From assembly GCA_030141605.1 (NCBI GenBank), contig JAQGDQ010000217.1, forward strand, positions 309,383 through 373,382: a stretch of DNA of 64,000 nucleotides, in the 5' to 3' direction. Made by a program: the position numbers and the translations under genes. Position 1 is the stretch's first letter; the number at the start of each line of letters is the position of its first letter. Under the pieces are notes generated by a model that saw only the letters and a list, made by a program, of their open reading frames with translations, did no database searches and had not been told where the DNA came from. Shown here one piece after another: positions 1-12,700 of the stretch. The DNA comes from Tubiluchus corallicola (lineage: Eukaryota > Animalia > Priapulida).

Positions 1-702
1 ATGGGTCTCTGTTTTAACTATTATGATTCCTACTGAGTACCCTTTATAAAAGCAAATGCTATTTTTTGCGAACTAGAAAACAACCACAAACCATTATTTA
101 TCCAATATTAGGAAAAATTCTTCAATTTTCGTTGGCAACAATTCACGATATCGCAGAAGATGAAATCAAAGAATTGGCTGTGTTAGTTGTCATTGCAATG
201 CACGGGTGTGAATAGGCCAATAGCTAGTTTAGAAGTGTTCTAATCTCATTTGAATGTGAACTTAATTACTCCCTCTCTGAGTCTCTCCCCCCACCCCGCC
301 CCAAAGAAGTAAACAGCAAGAATCAGTAAGCTGAATGAAACCGGCCATAGACTGAGTCACAAATCGATGCACTAATTAGAATCAGCATTGCTTAACTAGT
401 TATTTTCAGTTCTACGTCTTTACAGTGTCAGTTTGGTACCAGCGTAGAGTTTAATTTGTCAGTCGAAACAGTAGTGAGCTAAAAATAAGCTAAGTAATCG
501 CTTTCTTTACCACGTTTCATTTAATACGCCACCTGCTTGCGATTCGTCTAAGTAAGCAATTAGCTTCGTAACAATTTAACATACTATTTTAGGTTTTTAT
601 CTACAACAACTTGCTGCTGAAATGGAATGGAATGGAATGGAATTATAATTAATAAGTACGTAACTTTGCAGTAATGATTATTACTATGTTTCAATATCTT
701 AC

Positions 703-3700
703 CTATTGTTCGGCCTACCAGGTAGGCCATTTGGATCTAAGAAAGTCCTTTCTAGTGCCATCATTTGGTCATTAATTCGTCGAATGGTTAACGGGCTGCA
801 AAATGAATATTATACATTTACACACGCTAGGATTAAACTATGAAAGCAAAATTAATTGCAGAGTTAGGTGTTCTCCAATCCCAGTAGGTCTAGTGCTAAC
901 TCTTACAACAAAATACAGATTGACCTAACATTAAATAAGTAGACCTCCTACTGTTACTTCCATGATTTTTAAAGGAGTAAACTATTTTTTCGTCAATCTT
1001 TTTGATAATAATTAAAACAACCGCGGAGTAGTTAAGGCCACCTGTCCACACCGCACACAACCACATCACATCACCGGATTCTGGATCCGGAGGAGGAACC
1101 TAACTGAATTCGGATTTTGGCCGCTTTTCTTCTATCTTCAAGGAACCCTAGAACCCCAACCTAGCTCTGCACATCCTCGTTAGAGTGGAAACGAAACGAA
1201 AGCTGAGCACCTGCCGCTTAATTTCAATTCCTTTTTCTATTACGCACACACACGCACGCACGCACGCGCGCGCACACACACACACACATATATATTTTGT
1301 GTACATATATACGACCCTTTTCTGGTGGCTGATTCGATAACGTATGTTCTTCGCCAACCCTTCCCATTTGATTGGCTATAAGTGTTATTAAATTTTAACT
1401 AATGTTTTATGTAAGGGAAAACAGTAAATTATTTGATAAGCTAATTTAATATAGGTGTATGCCTAACGCAAAGCAATCATACTTATCCATGTTTATGGCC
1501 TTCATGTGTTTAGTAAATTTCTCACTGGTGCGCTTGAAATTTTTAACAGCATTTTCCATAATGACAAGCTTTTCTGTAAATAGATTATTTAAATAATTAA
1601 TTTTTATGTTTGATTACTAAACATCTAATTTCTATTAGTTTGACACAAATTGCCACCTTCTTATTACGTTTGCACTTTGCTATTTTACTAACATGTAGCA
1701 CCAGCCTTACGTAGTAAGCGTATCATGTTAAGCTAGTAAAGAGTTATAAAATATATATATGCACGAAAATCGAAAATTAAAAATGTGCTTCTTAATAAAT
1801 ATTCACCAGTATTTTTAACTGGTATTGGGAGGTGGAGGCAGATGATATAGCATTAGGCCTACTAATGTTATTATCCTGCAAGGGCTGATACGCCACCGAG
1901 ATCATTTAAATCATTATCCACCAGCAAACATTCCTGGATTGGACTATCTGTAAACTTTAAGTCTTTAAGACAAGACCGATTCATTTTGGGCAACGATGTC
2001 AGTATAACTGTAACGTGTGTAGCTAGAATAGGTTACTCATGTTTTTCTTGACACAACCTTAATTCTGTACAGTTTGTATTACCCCTTTCCGGAAAATGTA
2101 ATGCAAAATTGAGCAATTTTACCTTTTTTTATGCCATTATTTAGTAACTCTGCCTCAGCTAAATTCCTGAGATCATTGCAGGATTCCTCTAAGGTGTCAG
2201 CCAATGACATCACATCATATGGAATTATTAGCGATTCAGCTAAATCGCGCACTACTTCTACGCTGACTTGAGCTACGGCTCTGTGGTGCTGAAAAACGAA
2301 TTTTACAATAATAGCGATGAACAGGAATGCTAATAGCGTTTTCGGCAAGTACATAAGAAAGTTGGTAAAATAGTGTACAGTTAACGAAATGCCATTTACT
2401 TTTACCTCCTCTACATTGTAATGGTACAATCCATTATGAAGCCTCTGAGTGTAGACACTGAACAACACACATAAAATTGCCCACAGGCAATGGTTCATTG
2501 TTCAGTAGCAGCGCGGATCACTGCACTTGCTCCGTAGAGCAGTATGGAAGATGCAGGACAAGTTTGTTGACAGGTTTAACTTTAATTCCCACCTCGGAAT
2601 GTTTAATGGAGCAAAATTATGCCTAAGTTCCGAACAGTATAGCTGGTAAAAGGCTTACTAGAAAATTATTTGCATTATATACGCATTTTCAGAATGTTCT
2701 TGAAATCTGTTGAGCGAGCCATGCTTCACTAACGTTACAATCATTAGATAGTATCATAAATGAAAATTTCTAATAGTTTTTTTGTCTAACGTTAGTTTTA
2801 GTTTTAAAGTTAATCAATGAAACTCGTACCTTGAATGTTGGATCAATGATTTTATCCAACAAGAACGTGTTATCATGTGCAGAATGGTACAGCGGATATG
2901 GCGATAGTTGATCATATTTCTCCTTTTATTCATGAAAATAAGAAAAGAGAATCTTGCTATGGTTTTAGAGTAACAGCATACATACATTTAATAACATTTT
3001 ATTTAGTGCGAGTTATAACATTTTAAATGCAGAAGGTTTAATATATTTCACGAGTAAATTGTATAACGTCATCAGTTGTACAACGCAGATTTGCAAATTT
3101 TTGCAGATTTTTTTAAAATTCATTGTTCGTCACTTATTAAACTATTGATTGAACTATGAAAATTATTAATTATATAAAGCTTTCTTACAACTGATAATAA
3201 TTGGAAATTTCTGACAAAAAGTGTTTTTTAATAAGTTTGCCTTGTTGACATCATTTTCACAATGACAACAAAAATTTACAGTATAAAATTCTCCCAGTGT
3301 GTCCAGAAAAGTACACGACCGTTGCCTATATTAGCAAGTATGTCTTTTATTAAAAATGACAAAAATCTTCAAGCTGCACAATTGACGTCTAGCATAATGT
3401 CAATCATTTTCGTTGACTGGCCAATGAGCGTGCAAGTTATTTCACACCCCTGCAGAGCTTAATTAACGCAGGTACGTTCGGGACATTCAACTACAGCTCC
3501 GTCTAATACTGTTATGAAAAATGCTCAACTTTTCATTAGCTAGCAGGAGAAATATTGGCCTGCTTCTAGATTTTATTATTGTTAATTGAAATTGCAAGTG
3601 AACTAGTGGAAATATATAGCTTTGTTTCGTTTATAAGGTAGAAATGCACAACGCTTACGTCTATGAGTTGCTGCTTAAATCATTTTGCAATCAAGAAAAT

Positions 3701-6700
3701 ACGCAGTTTAGTTCAGCTTATGGCTTTGCAAGTTAGATAGCTACACTTATTTGATTAACTTTAAATAAGGACGAAACAAAATGTTTTCTGGTCTGGCTAA
3801 TTTTATAAAACTTAATGAGATCTTCACAGTCAAAACTAATTCAAATGCCGTCAAAACTTATATTATATATCAATGTAATATTGGTTAATTTTACGCTATT
3901 TTTCTTGTTATAAAATCATGCTTAAAATATGCCATTGCGAGTTACGTAACTCGGGCATTCAATATAAGGGTTGTCTATTGGAATGGAACAAGGACATTTA
4001 TTTCATGTCCGTGCCTAACAAACGGAAAAATACAAAAACTGGATAAATCTTGCAGACGAGCACATGATCAGTTAGATATAGAAAAAATACATCGCAGGCA
4101 AAAAGTTCATACGCTCAAAAACTTGAGACACGTAATATTTCTGTTACTCATTTATTTTAAAGCAAGGCTAACTGGCTTAGTTTCTTTATTATACTTAAGT
4201 CTCTGCATTTTGTTGAAATTGCAAACTCATTTTTTGGCTACTTGAAGTGTTAATCTCGTGTAAAAACAACTGATGCTCTGCAAATTTGTGTTTATGAAAA
4301 AGTGCTATCAGTTTATCTGCTGATTAGACATTAGTTGTGACTGTCGTGCTGTTTCGTTTACTAAAGACAGTTGTTATCCAGCTGAGCGCTGTCCCGAATG
4401 CCGCTGAGTGCGTTTACGTCGCAGAGGAGGCGGAGCGATAGACCAATAATCTTGACGTCAACTGCATGGCCGAGTGGGGAATATTCCTGAAGCATCTATA
4501 ATACCACATAGAAGGGCACTTTAAATATTAGCCAGATCTTTTGAATCTAAACCTCATTTGTTTTTCAACTAAGCTCACTTTGATTGTTTGTGATGCTCCT
4601 TTGTAATTCTTCACCGAATTTACTGCAACAAAATGCACAAACTTGAACGTTTAACAGAACAAAAGTTTATCGTAGCTGCAAAGTGCGGTGCAGTTTATTA
4701 TTGAATCAGTCCATTATTGAACTGATTATGCAGATATTTGAGCACTAGACGTTTGGGCCACAGACGTTTAGGCTCTGGATATTTGGTGCCGGGCCACTGA
4801 AATTTGGGTCAGAGCATTTTGATCTCAGACATTTAGGCTCTGCACCTTTGGACCACAGACATCTCTATATAGGTACGTAGATAGCTAAGTAGATAGAGAG
4901 GTAGGTAGCTATGTAGACCGATAGATAAATAGGTAGGTATGTAAGTAGGCAGGTAGTGCTAGTGTGAAAATTTTCTGTAGCACTTGACTCCTTAAAATAT
5001 TCACTACCATAATGTCGCTGTCTTTACAATGACCCAACTGTCCACAGCCTCCATTGTGCACTATTAAATTGCTACTGTCTAAGTGTCCAGCGCCCAAGCG
5101 ACCTAGAACCTACGCTGTAAGTGGAACTGAGTGGCAAAAACTAAATCACAAGCAGAAGATTCTGCTATAGTATTCGAACAACTCGCGTACCCACAGCAAT
5201 TAGCCAAATTTTCTGTTTGGGCGGGTGACCTTAAGCTCACAACTTAAGGCCAAATGTCGTTAAGAGGTTACATTGGTCCTTACCCAGACTGTATACCCTG
5301 TAAGTTTCTTGACTCTAGTTTGCACTCTAGTTTATTGAGTCGGCCTCATTTTCGGACAATTGAAGCCTTACTAGTTACGGGACCTCTCCGGTCGACTTCA
5401 ACTAGGATTTCTATCACAACATCAATTACCCTTGCAGAATCGTAAATTAAAATAAAAAAATTTTGACACTTCGATGAATAAGAAGATTCTAATATTAAAG
5501 TTTTTACGTTCTACACTTCCTGGTGACTTTGCACAAGTGTGATGCACCACTGCAACACATGCTTTGACTTTGACACCTGTAGCCGATTCCAAAACACTCC
5601 GTTTTGCTTTACCATAAAACAAATTTGGTGGCTGTGCGCTTTCCTATTCATATGTTGCACATAGTCACGAAAAGATGCACTCAACCTAGAACTTTCACCT
5701 GAAGTCAATGATAAAAAATGTCTGGTCCCAAAAATCCAGGCCCAAATATTAGCACCTAAGTGTCCTAAAATCATCACTATGTATGTTTTATATTTGATGC
5801 ACTCATAAACGAGTAAATATAAAAACTATTTTCAACAAGACACTAGATGCCATTTGATTGGAATTTGCAGGTAAATTCAGAAGCGATTATTTTCAGGCAA
5901 TAAATTGATAAAATTAATGCTAATACACTTTATATCAATAAAATTTGAAATTTTTTTATATTTATTAGTACACCGATTATGAATTGATGATGCAAGTTGT
6001 TACTTGTAAAATGTTTTGGCGGTTTTCCAACAACATGTTATTATTTACTATTTATTTGAATATAACATACAATTTATTTTTAGTAGATAAATATTTATAA
6101 AACTTACGTAATTCACTTACATGATCGAAAGTATAACTTATGTCTATGCATGGCACTCCAGCTATATAAGCAAAAGCTGCATAATCACTGCTTGCTCCCA
6201 AATCTTTTATCCTAAAAGCATTTAATGTCATAAATAATTCAAGAATCAAAGTAACTTACTCGAGTAGAACATCTTCTTGTAAGCAATGCAGTAGCCCTCT
6301 TTTCAAGACCTGTTTATCTAACTGGAGCAATTTTTCACTGATTTCTTTTTATACAAGAGGAACTGATAGCATTTTCTAAGACAGCAGAAACGGGTTGTTA
6401 TTTAGCTAGTTAAATTTCATTTGTGTTCGCGAGTACATTTCGTATACTAATGCTACGTATATTACGTATGATTCAAAGCGTTGGTAATGGCGTTTTTTAT
6501 AAAAAGGTTAGAATTTTGATTCTACCCATTGATGAATTCTAAGTAACTCGGTTGGAAATCATCCAGGCTGAATTGTCAACTGAGGATTTCTCTTTCTCCG
6601 ACCATGCCAAATATACTGATCTTCTGTACGTTGAATAAAACCGGTGCTCATAATTATATTAGCGCCGTAAACTTTCTTGCCACCACCAGAACGCTGCTTG

Positions 6701-9700
6701 TTACTGCTTTCACTACTGCCTCTGCTGTAGCAACACAGTGACAGCATTGGGGGCACCAGTCTACTGCTGCTGTTATCAACGAGAAATGATGCAGCAACTG
6801 TTACTGTTATTAGTGTAGCCCCAGTTGTAGCATGTTTTACTGCAATAGACCTATAAAACAAAAGACGTCGTGCAACAGCAGCACCACAATAAGCATCAGT
6901 GGCGACAGTGATGATGACGATAAAAAGATAACAAAGATAGCAAACAATAGCAGTAATCAGCAGCTGAAACTGCAACCGTATTTACTTTGGTTTTGTCTTG
7001 CCTAAGCCGGCATCACTGTCCTTAGGGGTAGCATGAAGCCATTGCTTGTAAATGGTTGTGGCTTTCTTGTTTATCCGGGTTTCTTCTGGTTGAGGTACCT
7101 GTAACGAAGTGTATGAAGTTATCATTAAGATAATACTTTTTCTAGCCCAGACCACAGTTACTTACAACACAAAATGCCTATATAGGTATATCCTAGAAGA
7201 CGAAACTCATGAGCGGAAACTGGACGGCGGGTAAGCGAAGGAAACAGCGGTTTGCACATGTTACCCCAACAGTCAAGTGGCATTAAAGTTAAAAGTTTTA
7301 CCTTCTTTGTTGCTTTGTGTAACACGTTGTGCAGCGATGGAAATGCACCGGCCTGAAGCGAGTAATTACCTGTAAAAACAGACGAATTTAAAAAAACTTT
7401 CAAGAAAAAAGTCTCTTGGAATGTAACAAAACTTGGTATCTGGACATTTTGGATTTTTTAGCCATTTTTACAGGCAATCTTCACTAGAATCCCTTATTCC
7501 AAGATTGTAACCCCTTTATACAAGGATGCAAGTCCAATAGAAAACTTTAAATCAGAGTACAGTCCTAAGCCAAGCCTCCCATGACAGACTACGAAGATTT
7601 CGCTAAGGTGTGGACCAAGAGATGACCCCATAGCTACCCAATCAAATTGCAGGTAGAAATGTACCAGATGACTGTGGCCACTGGGGGTAAAGAACTACAC
7701 ACGGTTAGAAAATGAAAATACGAATACAGACCCAGAAAACTATAACTCTCATAAATAATTTGACAGCAGTTATCGACTGATGCTCTGCTTAGAGTAACTA
7801 GTTGTTAAACAACAAATGCATAATCATTTTAATACAGTATGCCTATCAAACAGTTTAAGAATTGTATAAAACACATTGCCTGTTTATATTAATTATTAAT
7901 TAACTGTTATTATTTTATAAAACCTTTTCAAAAATTGTTTCACCTTCGACTGCAATATCCATGTTTATGTAAGCCACCGCTCGATGATAGAGAGTTTTCC
8001 AATGATCCTGCACAAAATTCAGTTTATATGATTCATTTAAAACTACAGTGTATTATTAAAGCTAAAAATAGTCGATTTAACATTAAATTAATCGATCTAA
8101 CAGTCAAGTTAGTTCATCCTCTATTGGTTAAAAAAAAGAAAACAGTTCAAAACACATCACCTCCACCCATTCATAGGATCCTATAGTTCCATGTTCTTTG
8201 GCTCCCCAGCTGCAGAACAAGATAGTCCTGCGGGGTCTCCAGCCTTTTCTTACCATCTTACCCAGTACACGAACAATTTCAAGCAGTACTGCTGTACCAC
8301 TGCATGGATCAACGGCACCAAATACCCAAGCATCGTAGTGATTGCCAACAAGGACATAACGATCTAGTAAAAGAAACTGACGATGTTATTTACAGAAGTT
8401 AATTAGTCCTTGACTAATCAGCCAAAAGTACAGTAAAGTTCTGGTAGGCACAAGGGGTGGCAGGGACCGGGATTGTTATGATTCCGACCCCCGAACCACG
8501 GGATCTTTCTTCAAATCACGATCCCCGTTCCCGAACATCCAATCCCCCCGCGAACTCCGTTCCCGATCTTCTTATCCCGTTTCGATCCCGAGCTCGAGTG
8601 ATACGAAGAAAAGTGAGCTGCTTGATAAGTTATTCATAGCTTAAATTTCATGACAACGTACTACTGCATTGGGCTATTTTTAAAATCTCTTGTAAATAGT
8701 TTTAGGTAAACGCATGATTAGCTTGTTGCGGCTCATACAGTGTGCATTCGTTGCTCTGTGACCGTGACATTCTGCTGGGGTGTATTTGTAATGGTGAAAC
8801 AATTTAGGAAGAATCTTTTGTGTTATTTTTGTCTCACAATACTGCTATTAATATCTTTTTCATCTAAGTATCGTCCAAATAGATACTGGGCGCTTTTTAC
8901 CGCACTAGTCCATATACCGAATAGTGAGGTCCTATACCGCGCCATGTACTTGGGCTGGCCCAAATAGCCTGCACGGTATACGGGCTGCCGAAATATCGCA
9001 ACAGAAACTGAGCTGAGTTTACCTTAGCAGCAGCATTCGTTCTCCTTTATTTAATAATGATAATGACGACGACGACGAAAACAACAATTTAAAATATCAA
9101 TATAAATTAAATAGTTAACTACTTATAATATAATTCTATTATAAAGTATACATTCGATAAAATGAATTATTATTAATTTATTAAGCAATTTGGATGAGCA
9201 ATATTAAATTTAGTTTCGACAGCTAATCTTTTTGGTCAGATTTTTATGCACCTCTAACATAGCGTTAAAGTACGCCACTTTTGTTTTTCCTTGCTTCATA
9301 TTAAAGTATGTCATTTTTGGTTTGCCTCGTTTTATATAGGGTACATAGATGCAGGTGATCTGTTTCACTACCTAGCTTTTCGTCACTATTTTTAAATGTG
9401 GTGTACGGGATGACAGCATACTGTAACTCATGGGTTAGTCTGACGAACCATTGCCGTCATACTTCGAACCATTGCTGTGTACTGCGGGGTAAGTGAACAA
9501 TTTACTTCGCAAGTTTTGCAATATTTGGCTAATGCTGCTAAGATGACACTTCTTCCTCTCAAAAAAAGAATTATATCGCAGTTATCAACAGAGAAAATCC
9601 GTAATTTTAGCTATAATTTTCTTATCCCCATTTATTCATGTATTTGTGGTTCGTGGTTCATCAAATGACGGATGAATTTTTATAATTTTACAAGACCGAA

Positions 9701-12700
9701 ACAAAAAGAATGTGAAAAAGTCGGAACTTTGCCGGGATTGGAATCCTTGAATTATACATCCAGTGTTTGACCACTGAACCAAAACTGATATTAATATAGT
9801 GCCCTCAATTGTACTAATTGATCAAGAGGTCTCTGATCTACGTCCAGACTCAGTTTCGCCTTTCTCATATTATGTCAAGGGTAGAGTGCTGCACTTAGAA
9901 TCACAGGTATAAAAGTGTTAACACCACGATTAAAGCGCATCTGAATTGATCAAACTACCGACTGACTATAGACTGGCCGTTGTTTAATTTAGTCGCGAAG
10001 CACAAGCCATAACAACCCAGCTATTCTTCAACTCTAAAATAATCATTGTCATATAGGTAATCGGAATAACGTCGGTAATACATTGTTAAAGGTTGTCAAA
10101 GTGAGCAATTTTAGTTACATACTTACTATTTCATATTTACTAATGCAATCGAACAGACACAAAATATTTTACCAAACAGTTACAATTTTAACAATGAAAT
10201 GTTACAACACATATACAATACAGAATTTTTTGTGTAGGTATGTATAATTGTACGTGCCAACGTCACAAAAATACCTACTTGAACATTTTTTGCGAGCAAC
10301 AGTATTAAACAGAACAGTCTTGACCAGTTATGCTCACCTGGCTCTAAGGCTCCTTTAATGGCACCGATTACGTTGTAAGTTTCCTTTATTTCCTTATTAT
10401 TGCCAACAATTAAATGAACTATCCTAAAATGAGAAGCTTAGTCAATAAACAGCAACATGGAGAACAGTCTGAACTTAGCCTTTTGTGCAGTATCGTCACT
10501 CAAAAGAAAAGGCGAAACTCTAAAAAGTTAGGCTAATTTTAGTGTTTGGGAAAAATGTTATAAAGTTTCAACAACGAAAATATGATACGCTTTTTGTAAT
10601 TAGTAAAAATCTATATTCATAAATAAGTCTCGCACCAAGCTGCTATTAGTGTCATAGGATTAAGTTAACCAAATTAATATTAATGTCGCATCTAGTGCCA
10701 CAGAATTAAGTTAAACCAAATTAACATTAATGCCGCATAAATAGAGGTGGTTGCTATATTGTGTAATGTTATATTGTATATAATCAAATGAGACGAATAA
10801 ATTTAAAACTAGTAATCTAACATATTGCCTGGCAGTGAATTTCCCAGCGAGTGGTTTAAGTTTTCCATTTCTTTTGCAGTTTTATTCAGTCAGAAGCAAC
10901 ATACTAGTGAACCTTGAAGAAACACGAAATTTGTATTTTTTCTTTACCAGTCGCTTACCACTGCGCATTTGGATCGTAGATCTTGTAAGTGAAGTTCATG
11001 GCTCCATTCCACTCTGGTGGAGCGTCGTTTGTGCCGTTCATTCGCCTACAGAACATACTTTTATACTTACAAAGCATGTTATAACCTTCGGGAATTTCAT
11101 TTGTTGATGATGACGTCAGAGCTTAACAAAACCGATTTTGCCGTTGATAGTAACTAGTGTAGTTCTTAAGTCAAAGAAACGAAAAAATTATTTAGCTGGC
11201 ATTTTAGCTGTGCACGAAGATTGAAGAACCCCGACAGACTTTAAGCAAAACCGGACTCAATTTTAAACTGCAGGTCAAAACAATCTACTCTTTAAAATAT
11301 TGAGAGGAAACATACTACTTTTTCCAAAATGACTTACGTGAAAGAATTATTACTACACAAACACAATTTCGCGTTCGAGCCACTAATTCTTCGCTGTTAC
11401 AGGCATTTCGCCATTCACTAGTTAGACGGGCACCAGCGCCAGCATTTCAGAAACGCATTGCGTAAAAAACAGGTGCTGAACCTCTCAGTTCAGATGTGTT
11501 AGTTTGTGACGTAATGCATGCGTTCCACAGCTCATGCGTGGCACAGCCGTAAATTTGAAATTTTATCTCAAAACTTGCCTAGTTTTAGTACAACATACTG
11601 AATATCTTACAGTAGTGTTCTTCAATTTTCGCTTTCACAAACACGTACAACACGCTCGTGGAGTATTTTTGCTGTTGAAAATTATGTTCGTTTGTGTGAT
11701 GTTATCAATAGTTGAGTTCGCCCGCCGTTAATGAAGCTTTTAGTCTATTATTTAATTAGCAGAAACGCGTTTGCAGTATTAATTATGTTAAAATGTATAC
11801 GTTTTATCGGACTTGAGAATGGGGTAGTATATGAAAAACCATACTGTCTTCCTTAACCATTACCACTGAAAAAATTATGGTTATTACTTTTTTAAGTTTA
11901 CGTCAGCTATTTTATAAACTGATGCATTTTTGTACCAACAGGTGTACTTCTAATTTTCAATTAAATTTTTCAGTCGGTTCGTACGCGTCACATTCAATAT
12001 AAAAAATCAAAGAGTTACATCTAAGTTGCCAAATCTTATGTCATTCATCAATCCACTATGGACGCTATTCGCCACTGTACTGTCCACCAGTTATACTACC
12101 CTAGCCAGTCAATATCAACTAAATACACCTTCCACTTAGACAGGCCATTTGGGTACGGCTGCTTGAGAGCGGCCATTTTGGGCGAAAGATACTGGGGCGC
12201 GAGACATTTCTGCGCCACCCGCGCATACTGAGCTGTTACCTTTCGACCCTATCACACAAGAATGCATGTGTCACGCAGCCTAGTAGGCTAAACTTTTATG
12301 GGCATCCTCGTGACCTCGTCTAATGTATAGTTAATAATTACCATGTAACTTTTAAAACATCTATAGTTCATGTAAGAAAAGAAATAATTATTTTAGTATG
12401 TCCAATCGCTCAGTTAACTAGAAACAACTGTCTCACTTCGTGTGTGAAAAAACAACGCTGTTGCTGGACGCATAATAATACTTGTGTCATGCATTTCGCT
12501 AGAGATACGGCAAAAAATGCAGTTATTGATAATTGTAAAATTGTTTTAATAATTAAATTAATAATTAAATATCTGGCTCATTAATCGGAGCTGGTCATTT
12601 TCGTGTTGGTAGCTGTTTTTGTGACGCACTAGAGTTTTTTTGAAATAAAATGATGTCGTACGTATTTTAATAGAATGCTAATCTAAAGGTTGCTGTGTCT

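Noticed and set aside
6559-6975. 138-aa ORF in intron 13 of gene A as a possible extra exon
   Set aside because: Low-complexity sequence. The flanking exons join in frame without it, and B and C have no equivalent.
7555-7615. HDV-like ribozyme resemblance (GCCTCCC...CGAAGATTTCG CTAA)
   Set aside because: P1.1, P2 and P3 pairings cannot be completed.
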